From Fimbriosthenelais zetlandica (lineage: Eukaryota): DNA of 64,000 nucleotides. The translations under genes and the position numbers were made by a program. Positions 1 to 11,900 of the stretch are shown here, piece after piece (position 1 is the stretch's first letter; each line of letters starts with the position of its first letter). The stretch lies in contig OZ365118.1 in assembly GCA_977030845.1 (NCBI GenBank), positions 16,678,001 to 16,742,000 on the forward strand, read 5' to 3'. The notes under the pieces are model-generated. The model ran no database searches. It was not told the origin of the DNA and worked only from the letters and a program-made list of their open reading frames with translations.

Positions 1-84
1 ATTCCATTCAATTGTACTGAATTGACTAATTCAGTCCTATTGGAACATTTCCCTGTGGTTTAAGCCTACTGGTTTAGGCTGTTT

Positions 85-330
85 TTTCGATGATCATCTT
101 TCAAGTTCTAGTTTCAAACTTTGTAGAGAAAAGTTTCAAACTATCGATCTACAAATCTAGTCTCATGTAGATAATAAGTTTACTCATACCATTAGTGATA
201 AGCAATTATTGTTCTTTGACTATAAGCTTGATTAATATAATGTCTAATAATGTTATTAGTTTAAGGTGTAAATAATCATCCATATAATTTGATGCTTTTT
301 GAATATACACCTGGAAAGATTGAAGTCAAC
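85..330 (-). mobile_element. Decayed Penelope-like reverse transcriptase fragment
   Basis: Minus-strand translation gives SNYMDDYLHL, then YMRLDL*IDSLKLFSTKF, then KDD in a shifted frame. This order resembles the YxDD ... LDL ... TKLYDKRDDF motifs of Penelope/Neptune RTs. Stops and frameshifts are present. Confidence 0.35.
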
Positions 331-893
331 CATTCATTTTGTTCTGGTTAGATGGATAATCTATCCAAACTGATGAATGCTGGTCTAATTTGTAATTATG
401 ACGGTAAATTATGGCTCAAGGTATATATGTGATGGTTATAATAATATTATGTAATCCTAATAATTACAAACCAAACATAGTCCTATATAATATTATGTTT
501 GATTTGTAATTATTAGGCTTACATAGACCCTATTGTTATGTTGAATTCCCTATATATAAGCAAACTGTTTATCTTCACATTTTAATGTTCAATTGTCTTG
601 TTACCTAATAAATTTTAAGATGCATCTTGTCAGTTTGTTTTCAGCTAGAATTACAGTTCTCTATTACCTTAAAAGGAGCATCCAGTGTCACGATAGAGAC
701 ATTAAGGTCTAATGCAACCCAAATTCATTTGTATCATTTAAAAAACTTTCAAGTGTGGTCAGTATTTAAATTGAATTAATTTCAATTTGACATGAATTTT
801 GTATAGGTGAACCCCTTTTAACTGCTGTCTTAGTGATCTATCGTGATAGTGGACGCCATTACTGACACATACAGTGGCTATGAACATGTTCAT

Positions 894-962
894 GGGCAGA
901 CATGTTCATCTGACCACACATTATCAACTGGGCAGACATGTTCATCTGACCACACGTTATCA
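894..962. repeat. 36-bp tandem duplication (gggcagacatgttcatctgaccacac...)
   Basis: Two near-identical units start at 894 and 930. Confidence 0.9.
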
Positions 963-2579
963 TCATGAGTATAATGGGCAAGCATACCCAAAGGTAGAAT
1001 TAACTCATATATAGATCTAAATATAAGTTTGAAAGTTTCCTGTTCAATATTCATACCGGAAATATCTATCATTCAAAGGTTTCAAAGCCTTATGTTCAGG
1101 AAAATATCACGAAGACAAAAAAAATCAACCTCTTTATGTCATGCCCTCTTCTAGCTACAAGAACATCAATTGAAAAGAGACACAGAAAAAAAGATCAAAA
1201 ACGTATTGTCACTGAACTGTCGTCTTTTCAAAAGCTGCAGCACTTCACTTGGGTGTAGTTGAAAAGATCATTTCAAAGGGGAGCAATCTAGCTATGGAAC
1301 TGAAAGCAATTCTCATCTTTCTCGACGAGACGGGAGATAAAAAGGCCTACTATATCTGTAAGCTCCTCTCTCTTCCTGGTTTTATTCAAGCCTCAGTTGG
1401 TGGCTAGTTTTATAAACACCCTAATGTTCAGGTGTTATTGATCCACACAGGTGTGCTACCACTATCATCTTGTACTTGTCTTTCACCGACATTTTAATGA
1501 TAGCACAAATCAATTATCTGACATGTGGAGAACAATACAATGAAAATACAGTGCTCCTAGTCTAATTAGCCTAAAACAACCACCTTCGGGACTGACCAAA
1601 ATTGGTTTATATAAGGTACTCGGTTCAGTGGGGGATTATTATATAAAAAGAGAAATGAGACCAGACAATCATGTTCGGTTAGAGCTTATTAGAGGGGTGG
1701 TCGGATGTCGGGGGAGCACTGTACTGATAACCTGAATCTAGGACACCAAGTGTATGAATGTATAAGGTGTGTCCTTCGTGGATATACTCAGGAATAATGA
1801 AGGGCTAACCTATCTCAAAATGATGGCTAGTTTCACCTATTCCTTCATGTTTGTAGGAACTACTACTAGTAATGATAATAATTGGTCATATAACACCCTA
1901 TTGGAGTCACAAGTTGACTTAGAACAATGGAAACATGAACTGCTCCACCTGGTTGCCGTCTATGTATACAGTACATGAGTAGCTCAGATTGAGGTCATGG
2001 CCGAGCCCGGAAGCTCAATATGACAGGTAACATTGATCCTACTAGGTGGTCTCTACTGATTATGGCCTGGACAGGGGGTTGGGGAGGGGTAGGAGGAAGT
2101 GCTGGGTAAGGCGGAGGGAGGGGTACATCGACTGGATATCTTAATGGTGGCACCTAGGCCACCTGTAGCCCCCTATAGATTATAGTCCGTTGATACCCTA
2201 GCTATAAATATTTCCAAATGTTTTCCTTGCTATTTCTCAAAGTCTTCTTCCTGCCAAATCTGTTGATCCCCAAATTGTGTACTTGAATCGAAATGGTACA
2301 CAAAACTAAAGTAAAAATCACTATTAGTGGAAAACTTGACGGTCGAAGTGAGCCATTATGTTTGTGGGTGAAGATGTGAGGAGAATGAGGAGACTTGGCG
2401 ATGAGGGGCAAATTTTAAGTTTCTAACTTATTTTTGCGGTTGTTCATGACCCCTCAACCGCTCTGTCATTAGCCAAAGTTTCTGGGTCCATCAGCAATGA
2501 TAACCTCTCCAGAAATGACCATGATCAAGTGCACATGACTCCTTACTCCTAGTCATTACTGCTAAACACTAAACCTTCA

Positions 2580-2960
2580 CTACTACCAGCACCCACGCAC
2601 CTACCAACCTACCATGTAACACCCACCCACTCCAGGATTCACGGGACGGATTCACGGGACGGATTACCATCCACCCACTCCCTACCATGCACCACCCACC
2701 CACCTACCCACCTACCATGCACCACCCACCCACTCCCTGCCATGCACCACCCAACCACCCTGTGCCATGCACCACCCACCCACCTACCCACCTACCCACC
2801 TACCATGCACCACCCACCCACTTCCTGCCATGCACCACCCACCCACCCACTGCCATGCACCGTCCACCCACTTCCTATACCATGCACTACCTTTATCATA
2901 GAGTCTCCAGCACCAATACAAGCTGGCATTAAGCACAATGTACACACCACCCACTAGCAC
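2580..2960. repeat. C/A-rich low-complexity tandem repeat (caccacccacc/cctaccatg units)
   Basis: Repeated accatgcaccacccacc-type units, plus a short ggattcacgggac duplication at ~2635-2665. The HPPT-rich ORFs here are by-products of the repeat. Confidence 0.9.
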
Positions 2961-3122
2961 CTACACTTGCTAGGTGTCCTTTCATCAGGCCAGCCTTCAA
3001 GCCATGTCATAGCGAGGAGAAGCAGGAGCGAGGAATAGGAGAAGACGTTTATTCCTCTCTGTGTCTGGTTTAAATCGCTGCTACCTGTGTCAAGACTTTA
3101 ATATTCATTTCATTGAGACATT

Positions 3123-3180
3123 ATGCCTGCAGGCATGAATTCCTTTGAACACATTGGGAACCCTGACATTCAGGAAGCTG
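3123..3180 (+). CDS. Ankyrin gene coding exon 1
   Basis: ATG through GAAGCTG|GTATGT donor; MPAGMNSFEHIGNPDIQEA; ends in phase 1. Confidence 0.8.
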
Positions 3181-5985
3181 GTATGTATTGATTTAGTCTA
3201 TAGATTTAAAACATACATGATTGTGTAGGTCTAATAGTCGGTATGGTCTTTATGCTTTCTTGGTATCCACACATCCTGGTGTCACTCATTGATCCCCATT
3301 ATTTCCAAACTTGTTGATTATAAGAAAATGGTCATGCATGAGCTTACTTTAGATTGTCTTTAAGAATTTCATACGTGTAAGTTTAATTTTTAAGGAATTG
3401 ATAAGCTTTAAGATATTTAAGGGCAAATCAATGATTTGGACAAATTATACTTCCTTAAGTATATTTAGTTTCTCATGCAAATGATTTCGGATTTACATCA
3501 CTTTAGTTTTATTTTTAAGGAGAAAACAAACCGTTAGACTGCCATTAACAAGAATCAATTATATGTCATTAAGTCTATTAGGGTCAAAAGCGTGTTCATC
3601 TTAAGGTCTACTAATGTCCAAACCACCCGTGGATGATAAAACATTTCATTCATTTTCTGTCTCTCGCCTGTCATCCTAGCTTTCTATATTAATGCTTATT
3701 TCTGTCAGGTCATGCACGCACCTAATCACCTGGTTGTTCATGGCATGTTCTTTTCCATACCTGTAGGACATGGTACTCAATAGGTTGCTTCATTCTTTGT
3801 AGTAGGAATGGACACGCCCATCTAGCATGAAAGAGAACTTTTGTTAGAAGTAATATAGAATGATTGACCTATTAAATTACAACCATGGAAGTCTCACGCG
3901 AGATGCTCATGTGGCATATCAAAGATGTGCTTTTTTCGATGGCGTGTGAATAAGTCTATCATCAACCTTAATTGTAAAACCTGTATCTTCTCTATGTAAC
4001 AAAACAATTCTTTTACTGAAAGCAAAAATTGGACCTGAGTAACTGATTGCAAAGTGTGCACATTAATTTTGTTTACACTGTATATACCTGAACATCACTT
4101 GTATCATTATGTATTACATATATATGTGTACATCATATAACATCATTATGTATTATATAAGTGTTATTTCTATAATTTTACAGCTTTTATTGGTGATATT
4201 CGTGAAGTGAAGCAAGCATTAGCAGTCGGACAGGTAAGCCCTCAGTCCTCACTTCTCCCCTTACATTCATTACCTCATAATTAACACTTGTTGACTCATT
4301 AACAACTAAATATTATTGATGGCTTAATTTAACCAATCCATGAAAAACAAATTTGGATCCACAAAAGAATTATAATTTTATATTATACTTCAGAACCCTA
4401 ATGAAATGGATTGCACAGGAACCACGCCCTTTCACAAAGCTGCTGCTAATGGCCATGTTTCTATATTAGCGGTACGTTTATCGGACAATATTTGCATAAA
4501 ATTCAGACTAAATTTATAAATTGTTTGCCATTTTAACATTTTCGCCGGAAAGGTACTGCAGAACTCGAATTAAAAAACTCAATGTTTAATAAGATTATGA
4601 AACCATTTAAATGGATATTTTTCTTCATTCTGTTGGCAGATTTTTGTTGAGAGAGACTGCGATATTAACCAAGTGGACTGCTGTGGTTGTACAGCTCTGC
4701 ATGCTGCTACACGAAATGGCCACCTCGGTACGTAAACAAAAAATATCAAAAAGGTTTCTGTGATAGAACACACATGTTACAGTCCCACAGGATTACTTTT
4801 TGTGCATTTGAAGAATTGGAACTTTGCCAGGAATGATCCAAACAAAGTAGTTTGCTTACATTGCAATCTTTATGAGATTGTTTGGTCTTAGGGACTGTTC
4901 AATGTCTCTGAAATAGTGAAACATCGATGATAGCCCTTACATAGGGTATCCACCTCTAACCGACCACCCCCTAAACCGACCATGTTTGTCTGGTGCCCCC
5001 TCTGGTGCCATTTTCTTTCTGATATGTTTAAAATATCCCGCTCCATATCTTGGATCAACCCGGTATAAGCGTATTGCTACTATTCGCCATACGTAAGCTC
5101 AATGCCTAAAAGCTCTACATTTTTGTAGGTGAAGTAGTTTTAAGGCTGATCAATGAATCATTACTTGCACTGACAATATCCTCTCTTATTCTACCATCCA
5201 TCTCCACCAAACTCTGCTCACCAAGACTCATTAAACTATCAGTCTCACCAATTAACAAATTAATAATCACCCTCCATTTCCACTGCTACTCATCCATTTT
5301 CATTTCCATTAATTTGAAATCAACAAATCAATTCATTGTTTATGGTCGTCTTTACATTATTGTTTGGATATCAGTTCTTAATCATTTTACGGGTGCATCG
5401 ACTTTCGTTTAGTTGGAATGGAATGCATTTCACTCCTTCATTTGCTGAGAAAAATGGATGCAGCGATGTTGATAGAATCTACTTTGGCTCTCTTAAAGGT
5501 CTAATCTTTTACAGTTAGTGATGTCCTTTTCGTATTTCAGACACGTTAAAATGGCTGGTGGCCAATGGTATTGATGTTAAAATACAATCTGTCAAAGGTA
5601 AAACAGCCTTGGACGTGGCCAAGCGACTTGGACAATCGGCCATTACCAATTTTCTAAAAAATTGTGGTGAGTAAAATTTCATATCTCTCCTGTTATTTTC
5701 TTTAACAATATGAGGCCCTACTTTCTTATTATAGACGTATGGAAGTTTTCGCCTTGCGGCTGTAAAGATTTTATTCTGCAACTGCAAAATTTCTAACACT
5801 TGCAGCTGTTTTGGCAGATGCAAGAGAAACTTGCGGCAGTTGCAACAGGAACATAGCAACGAGGCGTAAGGTCCGGTGGAGCTACCCATAAATGTTGCAA
5901 TATTGTAGTAGTAGAAATATAATTATAATAAATATATGTTTTTTTTGTTGCAGAACGTGACAAAATGGAATGGGAGGTGGATTAA
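3123..5985 (+). CDS. Small spliced ankyrin-repeat protein gene (about 4 ANK repeats; 7 coding exons, 163 aa)
   Basis: Joined exons 3123-3180, 4184-4233, 4394-4471, 4640-4727, 5541-5666, 5806-5865 and 5954-5985, all with GT-AG introns and compatible phases. Translation: MPAGMNSFEHIGNPDIQEAAFIGDIREVKQALAVGQNPNEMDCTGTTPFHKAAANGHVSILAIFVERDCDINQVDCCGCTALHAATRNGHLDTLKWLVANGIDVKIQSVKGKTALDVAKRLGQSAITNFLKNCAVLADARETCGSCNRNIATRQRDKMEWEVD*. It contains the ankyrin motifs GTTPFHKAAANGH, GCTALHAATRNGH and GKTALDVA. An in-frame TGA lies just upstream of the ATG. Confidence 0.9.
4184..4233 (+). CDS. Ankyrin gene coding exon 2
   Basis: ttttacag| acceptor and CAG|GTAAGC donor; AFIGDIREVKQALAVGQ. Confidence 0.9.
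4394..4471 (+). CDS. Ankyrin gene coding exon 3
   Basis: cttcag| acceptor and GCG|GTACGT donor; NPNEMDCTGTTPFHKAAANGHVSILA. Confidence 0.93.
4640..4727 (+). CDS. Ankyrin gene coding exon 4
   Basis: ttggcag| acceptor and CTCG|GTACGT donor; IFVERDCDINQVDCCGCTALHAATRNGHL. Confidence 0.93.
5541..5666 (+). CDS. Ankyrin gene coding exon 5
   Basis: tatttcag| acceptor and TGTG|GTGAGT donor; DTLKWLVANGIDVKIQSVKGKTALDVAKRLGQSAITNFLKNC. Confidence 0.93.
5806..5865 (+). CDS. Ankyrin gene coding exon 6 (60 nt, phase 1-1, skippable)
   Basis: cacttgcag| acceptor and GAGGC|GTAAGG donor; open in frame as AVLADARETCGSCNRNIATR. Confidence 0.7.
5954..5985 (+). CDS. Ankyrin gene terminal coding exon
   Basis: Long T-tract ending ttgcag| acceptor; (Q/E)RDKMEWEVD then TAA at 5983-5985. 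Confidence 0.8.
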
Positions 5986-8900
5986 TGGTGACCAGAATGG
6001 TATGTTCTAGATGTAAGGAATTTTCTGGATTCTTCCAATCTTTTTTACGTTTAAGAAGATTCACTTGAACTCATTATGAACTCTCAAGGACAGAGACCAG
6101 TGCTTAGGGCCTTATCCACAGTATAATGTCATCAGATTTCCATCCACCTTGACACGCACGGTATTTGTTGACGTGGATATCAGGAAATCGTCCGTCGGGG
6201 TGAAAGAATCGTCTAAATCAGTGTGTGCTAAAGACTTGAGATGTAGGCCCACCTCCAGACGCCCAATCTGATGGACGATCGGTCCTGTATGTGCTTAAAC
6301 TGAGGGAAAGGATGACTGCAGCTTAAAGGTGCTCACAACTCAAATTTAAGGCTGCATTTCTCTATTAATCACATTTGAAGCAATTCAACACCGAGCCTTG
6401 TTTTTGATTAAACACCTTATTTTGCAATCAATGGCCTGGTGGAAAGAAAACCTGTGCAGCATTCAAACACTCGCGGGTTTTGTTTAAACTAGAGGAGTGT
6501 CTGCTCTTGAATATGGATTTGCAATAAGAATATGCGCCTTTACGGTCATCCGAACACCCCCAACAACACCTTGGGTCTCAACCTAACTTTAAAAGTGTTC
6601 AACGATGTGAAACAAAAATTGCTTTCTGACATGGAGACATTTTGCCACTCGAAACCATATCAATATTTGGTTGGGAATCAGGACAATATTGATGAAAGAC
6701 AAACCGAATAAATATGAATGTGTGAAGATTTTCAATAGAATTTCCGCTTTCTTACCCCCCTCGTTCACTTGACAAACTGTCAGATCCTTTAAAAACCGGA
6801 GAGTTCTGTTGTGCACTTAAGACCTGTCAGTTTTTTCTTTTTGGTTCATTCTTTCTTTCTCAATTTTGGAATGTCAGCTAGCAGCAGATTCACAGACAAA
6901 GAATCTCATGTTCAATCATGAGGCAATTTCATCTGATGACCTGCAATGATAAAATTTCAATTTGGTAGATTTTCCCTACGGGCCTTTCCCCTAAAAACCC
7001 TTTACTAAGTTCGAGAATTATTAGAAAATGCTTCAAAATTCAGATAAGGACTAGTGTCCTTATCTTTCAAAAAGTGTTTATTTCACTGATGTGAAAATCC
7101 CCTTTAAATTCATCGTTTGGTCGCTGAAATGTGACTTAGAGTCCAATAAAATGACAATTTTCGCTTGATAATTTTTACCTTTCATCGCATCTATTCCACT
7201 TGGATGAAAGCCAAGATAAGGACAGACATTTAATTGACAAGATTCATTCTGATCAGCACATGTATGCGAGTAGAAATGATGATGACAGAGATATCCTTGT
7301 AGGTCTGTCCTGATCAAAAATGCTTTTCTCCCGTTCTTATTTTGATTCATGCCCTGCCATTAGAGGCTAAAATGGGGGTCTATACATTCAAAAAATATAT
7401 ATTTTGGTCATAATCTGAAAAAGAAATGTTAGACACTTATCTGTTGACTTAAAAAACGAACAAAAAATGAACACTTAAGCAGCAGTATCTTGTAGTTATT
7501 TATACAAAAAGATTGCCTTGAACTTCCGAGAATCCATTTTCTCTTCCTTTCGATAATGACCTTTTCAAATTTGACTTGGATCGTTTCCACACTCTCATAT
7601 CAAAGGGGCCTCGAGAAAAAAATGTTTTTTGAAACAACAGAGAAGAATCATGCAGGGGAACCTATCAGAAAAACAAGACCTGTATCTCGCTTGTCATTGC
7701 CAAAGATAGGAAGCCGTAATGGAAGCCATTGGCCTGCAAGCCTGTCGCCACTCGCAGGGAAGCCATCCGGCCAAATTTAATCATTGAAAACAAGATGGCA
7801 CATTGCTATTGATTTCAACCGAGTAACGCCATAAGAAAAATTTATTGTGTCATGTAGTGTTCTTCTATATCGACCCAGTGATGGACGTATATTACTCCAG
7901 GGAACCGCTATCTATTATGGGCAGAAGCGGTGGCAGTGATGGGGTCGAAAATAGAACAAGAAATGAAGGCACGCCAGGACAAAATAGTACCAATCTCTGG
8001 ATAAGATGGCGAGACAAAACGCCAGAACACCACTGCCGTCTCGTGGATGCTCTCTCAACTAGTGTTGAGAGATAGGCATAGTGCTTAATTTTATTTAATT
8101 ATAAGAACCTGCGACTAGCGCAAGTCAGCTTAGTGTTTGGAAATATTTTGAACATTTTTGAATTGTTCTAGTCAATGTGATTCAATTTTATGGAGATGTA
8201 GATCAACTATGGGGATATTAATATTGATTCAAATTGAATTAAAAAAGGAATAGGTCTTTTGCCCGATCGTCAATAATGGTTCTGTTATGTATCAACTGAA
8301 TTAGGAATTAGGAGACGGAAAGAAGTGAGAGAAAGGAATGGGAAGGGAGAAACGAGGGAGAGCGCCAGATTCAGAAGCCACACTGAAAAGGAAGCTACTG
8401 AGTGAAGCCATTCGCTTGCAAGAACTAATTCATGCGTCTCACAATTTATATGACTGTTGATAAAGTATAACCCGGCTGTCCCTGCGTACCCTCGTTCCTT
8501 TATCCCTATTTCATCCTCCACCATCCACCCCCTCACGCCCTACCAGGATCTCATCTATTCTCTTACCCATCCCCTCCTACCTCCCCTCTCCCCCTCCCCC
8601 ATGGCTTCTCCTCCCGCCACCTCAATTACATTCTATTTCCAGCAACATTCGCAGTAAAATTGGAACAATCGATCTCCCCACTGATATTGCAATAGGACAA
8701 TACGAGAAAGCTAATCCCATATGAATAAGATTTTCAAATAGAATTGTATATTTTACCCCTGCCACTTGCACCCGACCACTTAATATTATAAAGGATCTTG
8801 ATCTTTTGCAGGCAGAACAGGTTCAAAGTGAATTATAGGAATTATTTGAAACTTCCCATGTTCTTATTCAATGGTATACGTTTAAATAAATGTATGTGTT

Positions 8901-9124
8901 TATAAATATAAAATTATCTGGGAGTTGTTCCACGTCCTTTCCATTCTTTCCCAATCGTTCTTGTATCCATTGCAGTTCATATCAGTGAGCCTAATATTAT
9001 ATTTTGCCACTGAGACAGCATTTGGGCATTGTAAATTCATTCTTGAGCAAATTGAAAGGTCACTTTATTGGTAATAGGATTGTAAGTGGAGACCACTCAT
9101 GATTACATTATGACTTTATTACAG

Positions 9125-9201
9125 CATCTACAGCTGTCCCCTACAACTTGGCGAGGACTGACATTCGTGGAACCATTCGCAGACAAACGAAGGACCAAAA
9201 G
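9125..9201 (+). CDS. Candidate exon of an unidentified spliced gene (possibly a pseudogene)
   Basis: ttattacag| acceptor and AAG|GTATTT donor; open as xSTAVPYNLARTDIRGTIRRQTKDQK; ends in phase 0, compatible with the exon at 9867. Confidence 0.5.
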
Positions 9202-9482
9202 GTATTTACACAAGTTAATGAACACATAATTCCATCATAACTTATCTTAAGAATGTTTTCAGTCTGAGTTCTGGTTTAAATTTTCGGGTTATTTTAGTTG
9301 TATGTTTAGTTGACAATGGTACATATTCGAAACACTTCCTGAATGGGTGGGTGGGCGGGTGGGGAAGCTTAGTCTGGCCACCAAAGGAAATGAACATGGT
9401 CGAGTATAATACCAATTAAAGTGAACTCTGCAGGGAGACAAAAATAGTAGTTTTTGATTGGTAAACAGTGTCGGGTATTAAC

Positions 9483-9609
9483 GGGATCAATGACCTCGCC
9501 TGGATTGGCTCGGCAGGTTAGAGAAAAGCTATTGACTTCGGGCCTGACGGCCCTCAGTCATAGCTTTTCTCTAACCTGCCTCGCCAACCAAGGCTCGGTC
9601 ATTAATCCC
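9483..9609. repeat. 127-bp palindromic (fold-back) element with three symmetric TC/TC (GA/GA on minus) mismatches
   Basis: Arms 9483-9544 and 9549-9609 are reverse complements, including a 21-bp perfect run (ggcaggttagagaaaagctat); 4-nt loop tgac. Confidence 0.9.
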
Positions 9610-9866
9610 TAATTCATTGCCAAAGAGCTGAACATACCCTACCCCAATCCCCACCACTGGGCTGACCGCCACCCACCGCCCCTCCCAAAAGCCTGGATCT
9701 CTCTCACCTGTACCATGGCGAGATCTTTGACCTATACCATCTATATACTTTGATAGCCCAGTCAAGTATATTCACTCCATACACCTGAATGAGGTTCACA
9801 CTCCCTCACTTGATTGTTTATATTTTAGATCAGTCAATCATTGCCTATACTAAATTTCCATTTTAG

Positions 9867-9985
9867 CTGCCACCTGCATTGACTAGAGCAGCTTTGAACT
9901 TTGGGGCACAGCACACACGGAAGAAACTCTACTCTTTGCTCTTCTACATACTTCCTGAGGATATTCGTAGCCCTATATATTCAAG
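9867..9985 (+). CDS. Candidate exon of an unidentified spliced gene (possibly a pseudogene)
   Basis: ccattttag| acceptor and CAAG|GTAGGT donor; open in phase 0 as LPPALTRAALNFGAQHTRKKLYSLLFYILPEDIRSPIYS. Confidence 0.55.
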
Positions 9986-11299
9986 GTAGGTCATTAATAT
10001 ATTCTAAGGTATTAGTACTGCGTTTTAATTGTCTTCTGTGGGAAAATGTTACAAACGTCAATACTTTTTTGGGAGATTTGGGCAGGCAACCCTCAATGTC
10101 ATTTGGTTTCGTTGCCTCTCTGTATGCTGCGTTTCTTCTGTGTACTTCTAAATTTCTGGTCTTGCCATGTAGTTCATTCCCCTGATAGGTAGGTCTATGA
10201 CAAACGTAACATATGTATATGTGACTGAAAACTACTTTCCACTTTATCAAATTGTATTTTATAAGTACCGGAGTTTAACCATATATAGTTAGGGTATTAA
10301 GAGCTTGAGGGAGGGTCAGGCCTGCAATGAGGAGATAATAGCCAGGTGTTGGCTAATTTAACGTGGGAAATGAATGTCAAGCCTCTGCTAGTCGCGCAGG
10401 TGCATCAGTCGAGTTTTATCATCCAGCTTGCCAGCTTTATAATTGTCCTCTGCCGACCGACTTCCACTTGTCCTGGACAGTTGGGAAATGAATATGGCCC
10501 ACTACCGACCTATAATAATAAACTAGTCCTATGATTTATACACTCCTCATATGACAATCTTATAATGATAAAGTATATTTGCCCACTTTCAATATCAACA
10601 TAATATACTAGTTGCTTTTTTATGGTGAAGATTTTAGTAGGAAGTAGTTCAGGCAAATGAGGGTGAGGTTTTATTGTCTTATCCGTGTAGTTCTACCTGG
10701 AGTTCTACATGGAGTCTGAATGGTACGCTTGTATGAATGATAATATTGTTATGGATTGAATTTGGCAAGTCAGGCAAGAAGCCGTATCTGTTTCGTTTAG
10801 TTGTTAGAAACATAATTTCTATGGGAGAGGAGCTCTCCAATAGGTAGCATTGGGCAAGCGAGGGGAACAGGGGGAAGACACGGAGGACAGCATTGAATCA
10901 CAAGATGATGGTAGAATTGGAAAGAAGGAAACTAGGGAATAATAGAGGAAGGGAAGATGGGGACGAACATAGTAGGGAAGGAACAAATATGGCAATGGAC
11001 AAAAGGGGATGTGAGGTGGAGAGACGGAGAAACGGGGATAGAACTATTATATATGGAAAAGCAAGTGTCCTAAATGAAGACACTGGAGAAAATTAAAAGT
11101 CGTGTACGATGACAAATGATTTTGCTGAGAAAGTAGAAAAAGCAAACGAGGGATTAGGTCCCTGGTACTGGATTGGAAAACTGAAGTAAATGTAAAAAGG
11201 TGTTTACTGTAAAGGAGACTAATGAAAAGGAGAACTGTAATAGAGATGAGGTGTGAAAAAGTTACATTGTGAAAAGGTTGTGTGCCAATACGTCCAACA

Positions 11300-11900
11300 C
11301 ACTAACTAATGGGGAAGCTCCACTGGCGTTCTTTTGCCATCCGAGTGTTGCGATTTTGTTGAAGCTAGCCCTTGTGGCTGACTTTTCTATGGCCTCAACT
11401 GCCATATCTGCCTCACCACTCGCGAATAGATCACAATATAGGCATCCCTCACAAATAGCTAGCCTCTGAAAATATAATTAAACAACTCTGAATTGCAACT
11501 AAATTAGTTCTCGAAATTAGTATTAACGTTTTATTTGCACCTAAATACTGAGCTGTTGCTTCCTCCCAAGTACTTCAAATATCGGAGTGAAGAAAAGATT
11601 TCTGGGCACCACACTGTCCCACATCTCTCTCGCTTGGGTAGTTTTATGGATGGTGAACGCCAAGCAAAATGACTGAAGATAAGAAATGTTTTATTAGAAT
11701 AGTAAATAAACCTTAACATAAGATCATGGGTAGAGTACTGGGTATAGATAAGCTTCAAATCCACCCTCCTCACTCGACTGATAAACCATCAGTTTTCACC
11801 CTTCTTGCACACCCTTATCTGTCCGTAAACTCATAAATATTTTTTCCTGTGCTGTTTTAAGCCGGAAACTGATACTCCGAATGATTTCACTGTGCTTGCT
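11300..11900 (-). mobile_element. Decayed non-LTR (LINE) ORF2 RT/C-terminal fragment
   Basis: On minus, in order: TDKGVQEG (~11810; GVxQG-like), YLKYLG (~11570), VEAIEKSATRA and TLGW (~11400-11335). A homologous stretch occurs at 60302-60355. Confidence 0.35.

Noticed and set aside
4579-5889. Minus-strand ORFs 4579-4773 and 5515-5889
   Set aside because: They are antisense shadows of ankyrin exons 4-6; the spliced plus-strand model explains the region.
6105-6300. Possible Harbinger-type MITE in the ankyrin 3' region
   Set aside because: Only a 9-bp IR (catcagatt/aatctgatg) is clear; termini and TSD could not be defined.
8051-8072. 9-bp hairpin as a Helitron 3' end
   Set aside because: It is not followed by a CTRR terminus at the expected spacing, and no 5' TC end was identified.
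6323-8095. Kolobok/piggyBac-type element starting at TTAAAGG
   Set aside because: No matching inverted terminus was found.
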